Origin: Colwellia maritima
GTDB lineage: Bacteria; Pseudomonadota; Gammaproteobacteria; Enterobacterales; Alteromonadaceae
DNA: 64,000 nt
Reading direction: 5' to 3'
Assembly (NCBI RefSeq): GCF_022669015.1
Contig: NZ_JAKKSL010000001.1
Coordinates: 600,059 to 664,058, forward strand
The notes beneath the pieces were generated by a model. That model was not told the origin of the DNA. It did no database searches and was given only the letters and a program-made list of their open reading frames with translations. Each line of letters begins with the position of its first letter. Position 1 is the first letter of the stretch. Shown here piece by piece: positions 11,424 to 23,466 of the stretch. A program made the position numbers and the translations under genes.

Positions 11424-12266
11424 ATGCATATGAACAGCGTAATTTCAAAATATATTAAAGCTAGTTTAAATTCGTTGATCTTTTTACGGTCAATTATTGT
11501 ACTAGCAAGTATGATGTTGAGTGTGAGTTTTTACAGTGCAGCGACTGAGCCATTGGTCAATATTACTGAAATAGTTTCACCTAAAGTATTACCAGTAAAA
11601 CTTAGTGCAAATGATGAATTTATACTCTCTGCTGACTATTATGCAGGAGATAATCGCTCAGGTGGGGTTCTAGTATTACATGATTGCGAAAATAAACGCG
11701 GTGCATACAGTGTTGTAGCGGATAAACTAGCGGAACAAGGATTACATATTTTATTAGTTGATCTTCGAGGCTACGGTGAAAGTGTTTCTCAAACTTATTC
11801 ACGAATTAAGGCAAAAAATAAAGCGGTAGATATCGTGAGTTTTCAAGGTGAAATGGCACGAATAACAGCGCACTGGAGCAAAGATTTAATGGTGGCTTAT
11901 CAATTTTTAGTGAAAAAAATTGATAAAAGTAAAGGGATCTCAGTGGTTTCAAGTGGTTGTAGTGCCGCATACACAGTTGCTTTGGCGGAAAATGTACAAC
12001 TTAATTCAATGGTAATGATCACACCACAAATGACTTATGGTGATAAAGAACGTTATAAAAATCTCATCGACATTCCTGTTTATTTCATTACCTCAGTTAA
12101 TCATTTAGACAGCTATGAAACGGCAGATGAGCTATTTACTTGGAATGGGGAAAAACATTCTAAAATGGAAATATTTAAAGGGACATCTCATAATTATCAA
12201 CTCATTCATAGAAAAAAATACCTTGCTAATGCGATCGCAATTTGGGTAAAAGATAATCTTAATTGA
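11424..12266 (+). CDS. Secreted alpha/beta-hydrolase fold protein (dienelactone-hydrolase-like)
   Basis: Signal/TM N-terminus. The VLVLHDC...GYGES...SSGCSAAY pattern suggests an alpha/beta hydrolase. Confidence 0.5.
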   Translation: MHMNSVISKYIKASLNSLIFLRSIIVLASMMLSVSFYSAATEPLVNITEIVSPKVLPVKLSANDEFILSADYYAGDNRSGGVLVLHDCENKRGAYSVVADKLAEQGLHILLVDLRGYGESVSQTYSRIKAKNKAVDIVSFQGEMARITAHWSKDLMVAYQFLVKKIDKSKGISVVSSGCSAAYTVALAENVQLNSMVMITPQMTYGDKERYKNLIDIPVYFITSVNHLDSYETADELFTWNGEKHSKMEIFKGTSHNYQLIHRKKYLANAIAIWVKDNLN

Positions 12267-12433
12267 TGAATTAAAAACAAATATATAGTATATAGTAAGA
12301 ATAATGTTACGTATATTTTGCTTTATACCAAATCGTGTTCGATTGTAGTCTTTTTTAAATTAGTGTTTAAGCGTACAATCGTCACATATTATTTATTAAT
12401 CTTTCTTTCATTTATTAGTGTTGAGGCTTTTAC

Positions 12434-13644
12434 ATGTCAAAAAATAATTCTGTCAATTTCTATCATCATATCCAAGCAACAAATCGCTCAAGTTCAAGCG
12501 GAAGGCTTGTATAAAGCAGAGCGTGTTATTACCACGGCCCAACAAGCAAAAATAGCAGTAAGCACTGGAGAACAAGTCATTAACTTTTGTGCTAATAATT
12601 ATTTAGGTTTAGCAAATCATCCTGATCTTATTGCTGCAGCGAAAAAAGGATTAGATGAACATGGTTTTGGTATGGCTTCTGTCCGCTTTATTTGTGGCAC
12701 ACAAGATATCCATAAAACCTTAGAGCAAGGAATCAGTGAGTTTTTAGGCATGGAAGATACTATTTTGTATTCATCTTGTTTTGATGCGAATGCAGGCTTG
12801 TTTGAAACCTTATTAGGTGCTGAAGATGCGATTATCAGTGATGCCCTTAATCATGCTTCAATTATTGATGGTGTTCGATTATGTAAAGCAAAACGTTTTC
12901 GTTATGCTAACAATGATATGGCTGCATTAGAGCAGTGTTTAATTGAAGCTGATGCCGGCCGGAGCGCGTTTTAAATTGATTGCGACTGATGGCGTATTTT
13001 CAATGGATGGTGTTATTGCTAATTTAAAAGGGGTATGTGATTTAGCCGATAAATATAATGCGATGGTAATGGTAGATGACTCGCATGCTGTCGGTTTTGT
13101 AGGTGAAAACGGCCGTGGTAGCCATGAATATTGTCGGGTGATGGGTCGAGTTGATATTTTAACAGGCACTTTAGGCAAAGCTATGGGGGGTGCTTCAGGT
13201 GGTTATACGTCAGCTAAAAAAGAAGTGATTGAGTGGTTGCGCCAACGCTCACGTCCTTATTTATTTTCTAACTCACTTGCGCCGCCAATTGTAAATGCGT
13301 CATTGCAAGTTTTAACATTATTAGCGCAAGGTGGTGAGTTACGCAAAACGCTGAAAGCAAACACGGCTTACTTTCGTGAAAACATGGAAACTGCCGGTTT
13401 TACTTGTGCAGGGGCAGATCATGCCATCGTGCCGGTGATGTTAGGTGATGCAAAAGTGGCTAGCGATATGGCAAACAAATTGTTAGCCGAAGGAATTTAT
13501 GTGATTGGTTTTTCATTTCCTGTCGTACCTAAAGGACAAGCGCGTATTCGTACTCAAATTTCAGCTGCACATACAAAAGAACAATTAGATCAAGCTATTT
13601 CAGCCTTTATCCGTATAGGCAAAGAAATGAATGTGATTAGCTAA
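12434..13644 (+). CDS. kbl: 2-amino-3-ketobutyrate CoA ligase (glycine C-acetyltransferase). At least two frame disruptions, near 12460 and 12960.
   Basis: Near-identical blocks to E. coli Kbl ([60 protein letters not shown]). The ATG at 12434 gives [10 protein letters not shown].., which rejoins the Kbl frame only after a shift. Confidence 0.85.
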
Positions 13645-13658
13645 GACGAGAAAATATT

Positions 13659-14686
13659 ATGAAATCATTATCAAAACTAAAACCAGAGCAAGGGATTTGG
13701 CTAACTGAAACAGATAAGCCTGAAATGGGGCATAATGATCTGTTAATTAAAATTAAGAAAACCGCCATTTGTGGTACCGATATTCATATTTACAATTGGG
13801 ATGAGTGGGCGAAAACCACGATACCTGTACCTATGGTTGTTGGGCATGAATATCTTGGTGAAGTGGTTGGTATTGGCCAAGAAGTTAGAGGTTTTGCCTT
13901 GGGCGATCGTGTTTCAGGCGAGGGCCATATTACTTGTGGTCATTGTCGTAATTGTCGTGGTGGACGTACGCATTTATGCCGAAATACGGTTGGGGTAGGT
14001 GTGAATAGAGCTGGTGCTTTTGCTGAATACCTTGTTATTCCTGCTTATAATGCCTTTAAATTGCCTGATGAAATTTCTGATGATTTAGCCGCCGTTTTTG
14101 ATCCGTTCGGTAATGCGGTTCATACAGCCTTATCATTTGATTTAGTGGGTGAAGATGTATTAATCACCGGTCCGGGCCTATTGGTATTATGGCCGCCGCC
14201 GTTGCAAAGCACGTGGGAGCTCGTCATGTAGTGATCACTGATATTAATGAATACCGTCTAGCTTTAGCTAAAAAAATGGGTGTAACACGTGCTGTTGACG
14301 TTTCAAAAGAAAATTTAACTGATGTAATGAGCGAATTAGGCATGACAGAAGGGTTTGATGTTGGGATGGAAATGTCAGGTGTACCAATGGCATTCACTAG
14401 CATGTTAGACAATATGAATAATGGTGGTAAAATCGCTATGCTCGGTATTCCGGGTAAAGATATGGCCATAGATTGGAGTCAAATAATCTTTAAAGGTTTA
14501 ACCATAAAAGGTATTTATGGTCGCGAAATGTTTGAAACTTGGTATAAAATGGCTAGTCTTATACAATCGGGCTTAGATTTATCACCTATAATCACTCATC
14601 ATTACGCTATTGATGATTTCCAACAAGGATTTGATGTGATGCGGTCAGGACAATCAGGTAAAGTTATTTTAAATTGGGAGAAATAG
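13659..14686 (+). CDS. tdh: L-threonine 3-dehydrogenase (apparent frameshift near 14195)
   Basis: Roughly 80% identical blocks to E. coli Tdh, including [23 protein letters not shown]. The two ORFs 13659..14231 and 14189..14686 are colinear with a single Tdh. Confidence 0.9.
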
Positions 14687-15018
14687 TGTCAGATAACCAA
14701 GAAACGTTTAAGCACATGCAAGTCGTTGATTTGCATGATGTACTTAATGACAATACGCATGTGGTAGTGGATATACGTGATGAAACTTCATTTGCTAATG
14801 GCCGTATAAGTAATGCATTGCATTTAACTAATGAAAATTTAGCTGATTTTTTACGTGAAGCCGATCCTGATGTACCTGTAGTTGTTTGTTGCTACCATGG
14901 GCATTCTAGTCAGCAAGCGGCACAATTTCTTGTTAGCCAAGACTTCACTCAAGTATACTCGCTAGATGGTGGTTTTACTCAATGGCAATTGCAATACCCT
15001 GATCAAGTTTCACGTTAA
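14686..15018 (+). CDS. glpE: Thiosulfate sulfurtransferase GlpE (rhodanese)
   Basis: Active-site CYHGHSS. It aligns with E. coli GlpE. The likely GTG start overlaps the tdh stop. Confidence 0.75.
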   Translation: MSDNQETFKHMQVVDLHDVLNDNTHVVVDIRDETSFANGRISNALHLTNENLADFLREADPDVPVVVCCYHGHSSQQAAQFLVSQDFTQVYSLDGGFTQWQLQYPDQVSR

Positions 15019-15031
15019 AAATTGAGCCCTA

Positions 15032-15934
15032 ATGTCTGAACCTAAACACTTGCAGCCTTTAGTGCAGCTAGAACAACATAATATTGCGTTACTTTTTGCA
15101 AATTATTTGCTCACGTTGGATATTGAGGCTTATGTTGTAACTGAGCCAGTAGATAAGGATGTGGTGCAAAGTAAACAGGGACATACGGTTTATTGTCAGC
15201 AAGATAAAATGGAGCAAGCTAAAATTGAGTTTGAACATTTTATTAAAAGCCCATTTGATGCAAAATATCAACAAGCAGCTTGGCAACATGGTGAAACCGT
15301 TACGCTTAATCAGCAAGATTCTACGCTGTTATCTAGCTTTAAAGATAATTTTCTCGCTCATGCAGGTATAATCACTTTGTTGGTGTTTGCTTTTTGTTGG
15401 TTGGTTTTTATCGGTAGTAATTTAGGCGGAGCACGCCCATTATTTACGTTATTACAGTTTTATCCTTCTTTATCTTTAGGAACTCTTACAACAGAACCTT
15501 GGCGTATTCTTAGCCCTATTTTTCTCCATTTCTCTTTATTACATATTGTTTTTAATACCATGTGGTGGTGGCAATTAGGGGGCAGTATTGAAAAAACATT
15601 AGGAAAAGGAATACTTATTAACTTGTTGTTAATTTCTGCTATTGTCTCAAATTTTGGGCAATTTTTTGTTTCAGGTGCCAATTTTGGCGGTTTGTCTGGG
15701 GTTGTTTATGCGTTAGTTGGTTTTGTGTGGTGGTATGGTTATTTAGCGCCTGAAAAAGGTTTGTTTTTATCAAAACCCATTATTGTTTTCTTACTTTTTT
15801 GGTTAATCTTGGGTTTTGCTGATTTATTACCCGTCAATGTTGCCAATACCGCCCATTTACTGGGATTGATTTCAGGCTGCTTATTAGCAGTATTTCATGT
15901 TAAAAGTGACAAAAAAACAGTACGCAAACATTAA
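15032..15934 (+). CDS. glpG: Rhomboid protease GlpG
   Basis: N-terminal GlpG cytoplasmic domain, six TM helices, catalytic Ser in GGLSGVVYAL and His in AHLLGLISG. Confidence 0.85.
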   Translation: MSEPKHLQPLVQLEQHNIALLFANYLLTLDIEAYVVTEPVDKDVVQSKQGHTVYCQQDKMEQAKIEFEHFIKSPFDAKYQQAAWQHGETVTLNQQDSTLLSSFKDNFLAHAGIITLLVFAFCWLVFIGSNLGGARPLFTLLQFYPSLSLGTLTTEPWRILSPIFLHFSLLHIVFNTMWWWQLGGSIEKTLGKGILINLLLISAIVSNFGQFFVSGANFGGLSGVVYALVGFVWWYGYLAPEKGLFLSKPIIVFLLFWLILGFADLLPVNVANTAHLLGLISGCLLAVFHVKSDKKTVRKH

Positions 15935-15993
15935 TAAGCTGTTAAAATATGCCTAACTTATATCTTTGTAACATTTAAAATGGAAATTAACTC

Positions 15994-17111
15994 ATGAAAA
16001 AGCTATTAGGTTTAACAACTTTACTTTTATCTACACCTCTTCTAATCTCATCTGCGTTTGCTAATGAACAACCTTTAGCCGAAGATCTTGTGGGTAAATT
16101 CTACGGTGGTGCGCATTTACTTCGTATCAACACAGACAATGATCGTAAACCTTCAGACCCTTATAAAGCAACAGACCCTTATGCTACTTCTAGCCATGGT
16201 AGTGGTTTTGGTGCTGAATTAGGTTATCGTATTACCGAATCAACAGAATTTAGATTCTCTGCAAGCCAAATTAACTTAGATAAACATTATAGTTTTTTTG
16301 ATAAACCTTATGTGGCCGGCGTAGATGCCTTATATTTTCCGAAAAAACAAAACTTCTACGTACTTGGAGGTCTAGGTTACTTAGATATTGGTCAAGAAGA
16401 CCCATCACTAAATTTGGGTGTCTTGGCTACCGTCATTATCTTAACGAACGTACTGCAATTTATTTCGAAGGTAAAGGGCATTACGAATTTTCTGGCCATT
16501 ATAAAGATACTGCCCTACGTTTAGGTTTTATATACTTTTTTGGTGATGAAGCAGACGCATCTCCAGTTAAAAAAGAACGTTCAGTATTTGATAAAGCAGC
16601 AGCTGTAGGTGCTTCACTTGTCGCAGCAGTTACGTCTTCAGATAAAGATAGCGACAATGATGGTGTATCAGATAAAAATGATCAGTGTGCTGATACGCCA
16701 ATCACAGATAAAGTCGATGAAAATGGCTGTACTATCTTTAGCGAAGAGTCAGACAGAGTAGAGCTTCTTGTTAACTTTGATAACAATAAAGCCGTTATCA
16801 AAGCGCAATATATACCAGAAATTCAAAAAATGGCTGAAGTGTTAAAGAATTATCCTGAACTATCATTAGTTATTGAAGGGCATACCTCAAAAGTAGGTAG
16901 TTCTGCTTATAACCAAAAAATATCTCAACAACGTGCAGAAGCAGTGGTTGATGTGTTAGTAAATAAATTTAACATTGCTAGCGACCGTTTATCTGCGGTA
17001 GGTTATGGTGAAGAACGTTTAATTGATTTAGGCGATACCGCTGCTCATGCTGTAAACCGTAGAATAGAAGCGAAAGTAGAGTTAACTAAAAAAGTACCGG
17101 TTGCTAGATAG
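15994..17111 (+). CDS. OmpA-family outer-membrane protein with thrombospondin-type-3 (calcium-binding) repeats (apparent frameshift near 16430-16530)
   Basis: Signal peptide, then an N-terminal beta-rich region. DSDNDGVSDKNDQCADTP is a TSP3 repeat. The C-terminal OmpA domain reads NFDNNKA...EGHTS.VGS..YNQ.LSQ.RAEAV...L. Confidence 0.7.
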
Positions 17112-17179
17112 TAATCATTTATTTTATTTAGAATAAGTATTGGTGTTATCGCCAATACTTATCAAGACTTTCGTTATAT

Positions 17180-17216
17180 AAAGCCAAAGAAATCTCTTTG
17201 GCTTTATTATTTTTTA
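17180..17216 (+). terminator. Rho-independent terminator (bidirectional-capable) between the ompA-like and fliL-like genes
   Basis: Perfect 11-bp stem AAAGCCAAAGA/TCTTTGGCTTT with loop AATC, followed by a T-run. Confidence 0.55.
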
Positions 17217-17272
17217 GATTTAGATTTAGATATACCCATTCTATTAAATTTATTCCCACCTTAGATCTCAGA

Positions 17273-17650
17273 TTAATTATCTAACCATTGAGTAAATAAG
17301 AGTTTTTTGATTAAGGGCTGCCCAGTTTCTTTAATAAGCAAAGCTTTGATTTTCTCTTCGCATTTTAACTGTATTTCAGAACGCCCTTTGATTGATTTAA
17401 TCGTTTCTTCAGGCTGTTTACCAATAATATCAATAATAGCATCACGTAATAAAGGTGAATGGTGTTCGACTATTTCGATGCTTTCACTGGGTACCATTAA
17501 CTCAACAGTTAAGCGCACAAAACCCATTTTTTTCTTGGTGGTTATATAGTTAGTGACTATATCAGGCTCAAAACCAAAGTAAGCATAATCAGAGCTTTTC
17601 GAGGTTAAAGGCATCAACAAACAAGTTATCATTAATAAATATTTAAACAT
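17273..17650 (-). CDS. FliL-like flagellar basal-body-associated protein (orphan)
   Basis: N-terminal TM, then FVRLTVELMV...LRDAIIDIIG...IQLKCEEKI, as in the FliL family. The start is assumed at MFKYLL. Confidence 0.45.
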   Translation of the reverse strand: MFKYLLMITCLLMPLTSKSSDYAYFGFEPDIVTNYITTKKKMGFVRLTVELMVPSESIEIVEHHSPLLRDAIIDIIGKQPEETIKSIKGRSEIQLKCEEKIKALLIKETGQPLIKKLLFTQWLDN

Positions 17651-17821
17651 AAGGTTACTTCTTGAATTAAAGCAATAAACAGGTACACCTCTTATCATAA
17701 CCTGAAAGTAATCATTTGCTTGAAAAAATATTACTTTTTTTAACATTTTACTTATAGGGTGAAATGAGTTCCTGTAAAAACAATGTTATCATCACCTCGG
17801 TTTTAATTTGGCTTTTAGTTT

Positions 17822-18424
17822 ATGAATTTGCAATCATTGTTTCCTGTTACTTTGTCTACCCAATGGCACGACGCAGATAAGTTCTCTCTAGATGAGAATC
17901 TAAAGCGTTGGCTTCTTGATCCCAAATCACTTACCGCGCGATTAAAATCTAATTGCGAGCAATTTAGAATTGAATTGCCGGGACAACGTATTGAGTCCTG
18001 TCAAGAAAGCGAAGCAGTGCCACTTATTCCTCAGGATGCAGACGTATTAGTTAGAGAAGTGTTGCTTTATTGTGATGATAAACCGCAAGTTTTTGCGCGA
18101 AGCTTATTGCCTATAGCTAGCTTAACAGGAAAAGAGCAAGCTTTGGCTAATTTAGGCACACAGTCATTAGGACAAGTGCTGTTTAATAATCCCTCGTTAA
18201 AAAGGCAAGTGATTGAGGTTGCCGAATTCGACGCTACTAGCACAGTGGTAAAAATGGTTAAAAAATTAGCCTGTACTGACAATTTAACTCCGGTAGCAGA
18301 AAACCTTTGGGGACGACGTTCCATATTTGTTTTAGAAGGTAAGCCGTTAATGGTGGCAGAAGTGTTTTTACCCGGTGCCTTTGCCTATCAAATAGCAGAA
18401 AACTCAGAGGCTAAACATGCTTAA
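17822..18424 (+). CDS. ubiC: Chorismate pyruvate-lyase
   Basis: Weak but colinear similarity to E. coli UbiC (LD..L..WLL...S.T.R). It overlaps the start of ubiA, the classical ubiCA arrangement. Confidence 0.65.
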   Translation: MNLQSLFPVTLSTQWHDADKFSLDENLKRWLLDPKSLTARLKSNCEQFRIELPGQRIESCQESEAVPLIPQDADVLVREVLLYCDDKPQVFARSLLPIASLTGKEQALANLGTQSLGQVLFNNPSLKRQVIEVAEFDATSTVVKMVKKLACTDNLTPVAENLWGRRSIFVLEGKPLMVAEVFLPGAFAYQIAENSEAKHA

Positions 18425-19278
18425 TATGTTCACGCAAAAATGGCAGGCAATTAAGCTCATTACACGCATGGATAAGCCAATAGGGACTTACTTATTGTTA
18501 TGGCCAACGTATTGGGCCTTATGGATTGCTAGTGATGGTTGGCCGCAACTTTACTTATTTATTATCTTCAGTTTGGGCGTTTTTGTTATGCGTAGTGTTG
18601 GTTGTGTCGTTAATGATATAGCCGACATAAAGGTTGACGGTAAGGTTGAGCGTACTAAAAATAGACCATTAGTTTCGGGATTAATGAGTAAAGATGAAGC
18701 TGTTAGCCTCTTTGGGTTGCTGATCGGTATTGCTTTAGGACTAGTGTTGACATTAAGTTGGCCGACCATTTATTTGTCTGTGGTTGCACTACTGCTAGCC
18801 GCATCATACCCCTTTATGAAGCGTTATACCCAGTTGCCTCAAGTTGTACTTGGTGCTGCTTTTAGTTGGGGGATGATAATGGCTTTTTCGGAGGCTCAAG
18901 GGGAAATACCTACGATCGCTTGGTTGTTGTTTTCAGCCAATGTATTATGGACTATTGCTTACGATACTATGTATGCCATGGTTGACAGAGATGATGATAT
19001 AAAAATAGGTGTGAAATCAACCGCAATTTTATTTGGGGAAAATGACAAACGAATTATCGGTTTTATCCAGTTACTTGTGTTGGCTATATTGTTTACTGTC
19101 GGTGATATATTGGCGTTTGGCGGCCTTATCAATTAAGCTTGGTTGTGACAGCAGGTTTGTTTAGTTATCAACAACTATTGATTAGTAACCGAGAGCGAGA
19201 TAAGTGCTTTCAAGCTTTTTTACATAACCATTGGGTAGGTATGGTTGTATTTATTGGTATATTTGTTGAGTATTTATA
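18417..19278 (+). CDS. ubiA: 4-hydroxybenzoate octaprenyltransferase (apparent frameshift near 19130)
   Basis: UbiA prenyltransferase motifs NDIAD and DxxxD. The C-terminal 47 aa (…[37 protein letters not shown]) are found in the next frame after the ORF stop. Confidence 0.85.
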
Positions 19279-19375
19279 ATAGTATTGATTCGTGCGTTGT
19301 ACCGTTAGGAACTTAACGAAGAAGTTAGTAAAAATAGCCACTACAGAAGATTTGTTAAGCCGTATCTAGCTCAAG

Positions 19376-20033
19376 TTAACTATCAATTAAACCATGATTA
19401 ACGGCATATCTAATTAAATCAGCCAAACATTCTATTTGTAATTTGGCTTTGATATTACGGCGATGTGCTTCAACTGTCCGAAAACTTATTCCAAAGCATT
19501 TTTGCTACAGCTTTGTTAGATAATCCCTGGGCTATATAAGCTAATATCACTTGTTCTCGAGTAGTTAATTTTGTTTTTTCTTCTTCTTCTTCTTGTGGAT
19601 TTTCAGCCAATGCAGCTGCAATGGATGGGCTAAAATAAGTTTTTCCCGATGCAACGGCTTTAATTGCGGTATACACTTCTGCTGAGCCAGTATCTTTTAA
19701 AATATAACCGGAAGCGCCGGCTTGCATGGCACTGTTAACAAACTCCAAACTGTCATGCATGCTAAAAATCAGGACTTTGGTAGACGTTAATTGCTCAGTA
19801 ATAATCTCAGTAGCATCTATGCCATTCATATCGGGCATACTAATGTCCATTAAAATAACATCAGGTTTTAATGTTAATGCTTTCGCAAGGGCACTTTTAC
19901 CATCTTGTGTTGTGCCAATAATATTAATGTCATGATAATAAGATAAACAGGCCGTTAATCCATCCTGAACCATAGGATGATCATCAACAAGTAGCACTGA
20001 TGTTACTTGTGTATTCGTGACTGAATTTGGCAT
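19376..20033 (-). CDS. NarL/FixJ-family response regulator (DctR-like; frameshift separates the HTH)
   Basis: Receiver domain with LLVDDHPMV...D...KVLIFSMHD. The LuxR-type HTH (GISFRTVEAHRRNIKAKLQ...) appears in another frame downstream of the ORF stop. Confidence 0.8.
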
Positions 20034-20088
20034 GCTATTTCCTTTCTAGTTATCTTGAGATCAAATGGTTTATAGGATTAGTTTTTAA

Positions 20089-21523
20089 AGTATTGCCTTT
20101 CTATTACTGTTTTTTTGCGCACTACTATTAAAGTAATAAGCAAATACATGGGTAGGTATATTAGCACTAATACTTGTCCCTTTATTTGACGTACACACTT
20201 TGAGCTGCCCACAATGATATTCAATACGTTCAGTTAAGTTTCGTAAACCTATACCAAAAGACTCGAGAGGCGCCCCCGTTTTATTTTTTTGCTACCACTA
20301 AAACCAATACCATTGTCTGTTATGGTTAACGTTAGCCACTTATTCTCAATGGCCAAGTCAATAGTAATATGTGTTGCTTTAGCATGCTTTTCAATATTAA
20401 TTAACGACTCTTGTACAACACGATAAAGGCTAATATTAATATTGTCGGGCAATAATTTTCTCAACTTAGGCTTGGTAAAGCTAATTTCAATGTGGGTTTG
20501 TTTTGAAAACTCTTTGGCCAGTGCGGCAATGCCGGCAGATAAGCCTAACTCATCAAGTATTCTAGGGTGCAAATTGTGAGAAATGCGTCTTACTTCTTGT
20601 ATGGCAATTTTGAGGTTTTTTTCAGCGTCAGCGAGAGGTTTAGGTTTTTCCTGTTTAGATTGGCTTAAAAATATTGTGGTGGCTTCAATAGAATATTGTA
20701 TTGAGACGAGTATTTGTACTATACCGTCGTGTAATTCACGGGAAATATGTCGATGTTGCTCTTCTTGTAGGTTGACAATTTTTTGCCCTAATTCATTAAT
20801 TTTTTTGTCTGCTTTTTTCTTATTACTTAAATTGATCACCAAACCTAACAAAAATATAATAAATATCGAACTGAGAGAGATGATCAGAATAATTTGTTTA
20901 GTTTTATTAATGTGTTGATCAATTTTTTGCTGCAGTGAGGCTAACTGTTGGTTAACATCATCAAGATACACCCCTGTCCCCAAGATCCATTGCCATTCTT
21001 CTAAGTAAGTTGAATAGCTCATTTTATTTGATGTGCTTTGATTGGACGGTTTGCTCCATTGGTATTGTAGAAAGCCGCCGCCGACTTTCGCATTACTAAT
21101 TAACTGTTGAATAATCTTGTTTCCGCTATCATCTTCTAAATCCCACCAACTTTTTCCTATTCTATAGGGCTCCTTGGGATGTGCGATATTGATTCCCTGA
21201 TCGTCATACGCAAAAAAGTAACCGTCATCACCATTGTATAATAATTGATTTAGTAATTTTTGAATGGCCACTTGTTGAATGTTATTTTCATTTTTATCAG
21301 CAGGGTGAATGTGTTTTATTGCGGCACGGGCGAGGGAAGTATAATTTTGTAATTCTTGTTTTTTCTGGTTCATTAAAAAAGTTTTTAATGTCTGTAAGTT
21401 ATAATTAGAGAGTGCGCGATACTCACTACTGACGAAAAAAAAGATGACAATAGACGTTAATATCACTTGAATAACCGTAATATAAAAGAGGCGTAAAGGT
21501 AAAATCATTCGAATAGTCACCAA
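20089..21523 (-). CDS. Sensor histidine kinase with a periplasmic Cache-like domain and HisKA_3 (DctS-like; frameshift in the poly-A run near 20285)
   Basis: TM, periplasmic domain, TM, then H-box ELHDGIVQIL (HisKA_3), then HATPase ITDNGIGF. The G-box region (GIGLRNLTERIEYHCGQLKV...) continues in another frame. Confidence 0.8.
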
Positions 21524-21738
21524 AAAATAGCATTATTTATCATTACAAATTTCGCTTTAAATCACTAGTAGAACAGCGGATTTTTAGAACTACGACTTTA
21601 GTCTTACGTGTTTGCACGGATAGCCATCCTTTGATAATTATATTATTGTGGTTAAATGCTACTAAGCATGATTAGGGTAATATAAAACAGTTTGAATATA
21701 ATAAATAATTAAATTACAACAAGTTAAAGGAAAAACAG

Positions 21739-22827
21739 ATGAAAAAATCAATTTTTTTAAAGGCAGCACTTATCGTGTCGCTTGGGTTGTCTGCATTAGG
21801 ACTGTCAAGTGCGGCGATGGCTGATGATGGTAAGAAATATCGTTGGAAACTGGCCGAAACTTGGGGGCCAAACTTTCCTGTATTTGGTGATACCACAAAA
21901 AACATGGTGAAAATGGTCAAAGAAATGTCAAATGGCCGTTTAGATATTCGCATTGACTCATCAAATAAACACAAATCTGCTTTAGGTATTTTTGACTTTG
22001 TTAAAAGTGGTCAGTATCAAATGGGTCACTCTGCCTCGTATTATTGGAAAGGTAAAAATTTCAATACTATGTTTTTTACCACGGTGCCTTTTGGCATGAT
22101 TGCTTCTGAGCAATATGCTTGGTTCTACTACGGTGGCGGCATGGAATTAATGAAAGAAGTTTATGATCAATACGGTATCTTATCATTCCCTGGTGGCAAC
22201 ACGGGTAACCAAATGGGCGGTTGGTTCAAAAAAGAAATCAATAGTGTTGAAGATCTTCAAGGGTTAAAAATGCGTATTCCAGGTTTCTTTGGTGAAGTAT
22301 TAGCAAAATTAGGTGCAAAACCAACGAATATACCATCTGGTGAGCTATACACAGCACTAGAGCGTAATACAATTGACGCGTTAGAATGGGTTGGACCTTC
22401 GTTAGATCTACGCATGGGTTTCCATAAAATTGCACCTTACTACTACACTGGTTGGCATGAGCCTGGTACTGAATTACAATTTATGGTTAATGAAAAAGCG
22501 TTTAACTCTTTACCTAAAGATCTACAACAAATTCTAACCGTTGCTATGAAAGCTGCAGCCTATGATATGTATGCTCAATCGATGCATGAAAGTGCGGTGA
22601 ATCTAGACACACTACAAAAAGACTACCCCAATGTGAAAATGCGTTCTTTTCCAAAACCGCTAATGAATAAAATTAAACAAACTAACGATGAGTTGTTAGC
22701 TGAGTTTGCTGCTAAAGATCCAATGACAGCGAAGATTTTAAAATCATTAAACGACTATAAAGACAAAGTACGCGCATGGACCAACTTATCTGATAGAGCT
22801 TACCTTGATAACTTTGATGCTAAGTAG
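21739..22827 (+). CDS. dctP: TRAP transporter substrate-binding protein (DctP family)
   Basis: Signal peptide and 362 aa. DctP-type SBP signature regions. Confidence 0.85.
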   Translation: MKKSIFLKAALIVSLGLSALGLSSAAMADDGKKYRWKLAETWGPNFPVFGDTTKNMVKMVKEMSNGRLDIRIDSSNKHKSALGIFDFVKSGQYQMGHSASYYWKGKNFNTMFFTTVPFGMIASEQYAWFYYGGGMELMKEVYDQYGILSFPGGNTGNQMGGWFKKEINSVEDLQGLKMRIPGFFGEVLAKLGAKPTNIPSGELYTALERNTIDALEWVGPSLDLRMGFHKIAPYYYTGWHEPGTELQFMVNEKAFNSLPKDLQQILTVAMKAAAYDMYAQSMHESAVNLDTLQKDYPNVKMRSFPKPLMNKIKQTNDELLAEFAAKDPMTAKILKSLNDYKDKVRAWTNLSDRAYLDNFDAK

Positions 22828-22891
22828 CTAATCACTTAAGTAATATAAGTACTTGAGTTAATCGCTTAAGTTGTTTTACTAAGTAACCTAG

Positions 22892-22917
22892 GCGCGGTTT
22901 TTAACCGCGCTTTTTTT
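22892..22917 (+). terminator. Rho-independent terminator/attenuator after dctP
   Basis: GCGCGGTT/AACCGCGC stem followed by a T7 run. Confidence 0.6.
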
Positions 22918-22935
22918 AGAAAATATGAGTCAAAC

Positions 22936-23466
22936 ATGAATGCTAGCCTGAAACTAATCACAAAAATTATCGATGCATTAGGGAACCTCTGTAGCCTTTT
23001 AATGCTGCTGATGATCGCCAATGTTTTTTATGACGTAATCATGCGTTACTTTTTTAATGACGTAAATATAGGAATGCAGGAGCTAGAGTGGCATTTATTT
23101 GCGGCAATGTTTATGTTTGGTATTGCTTATACATTAAAAGAAGATGCACATGTAAGAGTCGATATATTTTATGATGCTATGACACCTAAAAAACAGGCAT
23201 TAATTAATATTTTTGGCTCGCTCTTGTTTGCCTTACCTATAACGTTATTAATACTTTACTATGGTTATGGCTATGCGTTAGAAGCTTATACTATCGGTGA
23301 AGGTAGTGGTGACCCAGGAGGATTACCTCACCGTTGGATTGTTCGCGCGGTAATTCCTTTGTCTTCTTTTTTATTAGTGTTATCTATTTTTCATGTAGTC
23401 CTGAGTAATATTCTTATATTACGTGGCATTATAGTGCCTGAGAAGCATCATCAGGGAGAAGTATAA
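22936..23466 (+). CDS. dctQ: TRAP transporter small permease (DctQ)
   Basis: 176 aa, 4 TM, DctQ-like. Confidence 0.8.
   Translation: MNASLKLITKIIDALGNLCSLLMLLMIANVFYDVIMRYFFNDVNIGMQELEWHLFAAMFMFGIAYTLKEDAHVRVDIFYDAMTPKKQALINIFGSLLFALPITLLILYYGYGYALEAYTIGEGSGDPGGLPHRWIVRAVIPLSSFLLVLSIFHVVLSNILILRGIIVPEKHHQGEV

Noticed and set aside
17214-17234. Short tandem repeat (TAGATT)x3 after the terminator
   Set aside because: Only three units in a non-coding AT-rich spacer. It is probably a chance low-complexity stretch.
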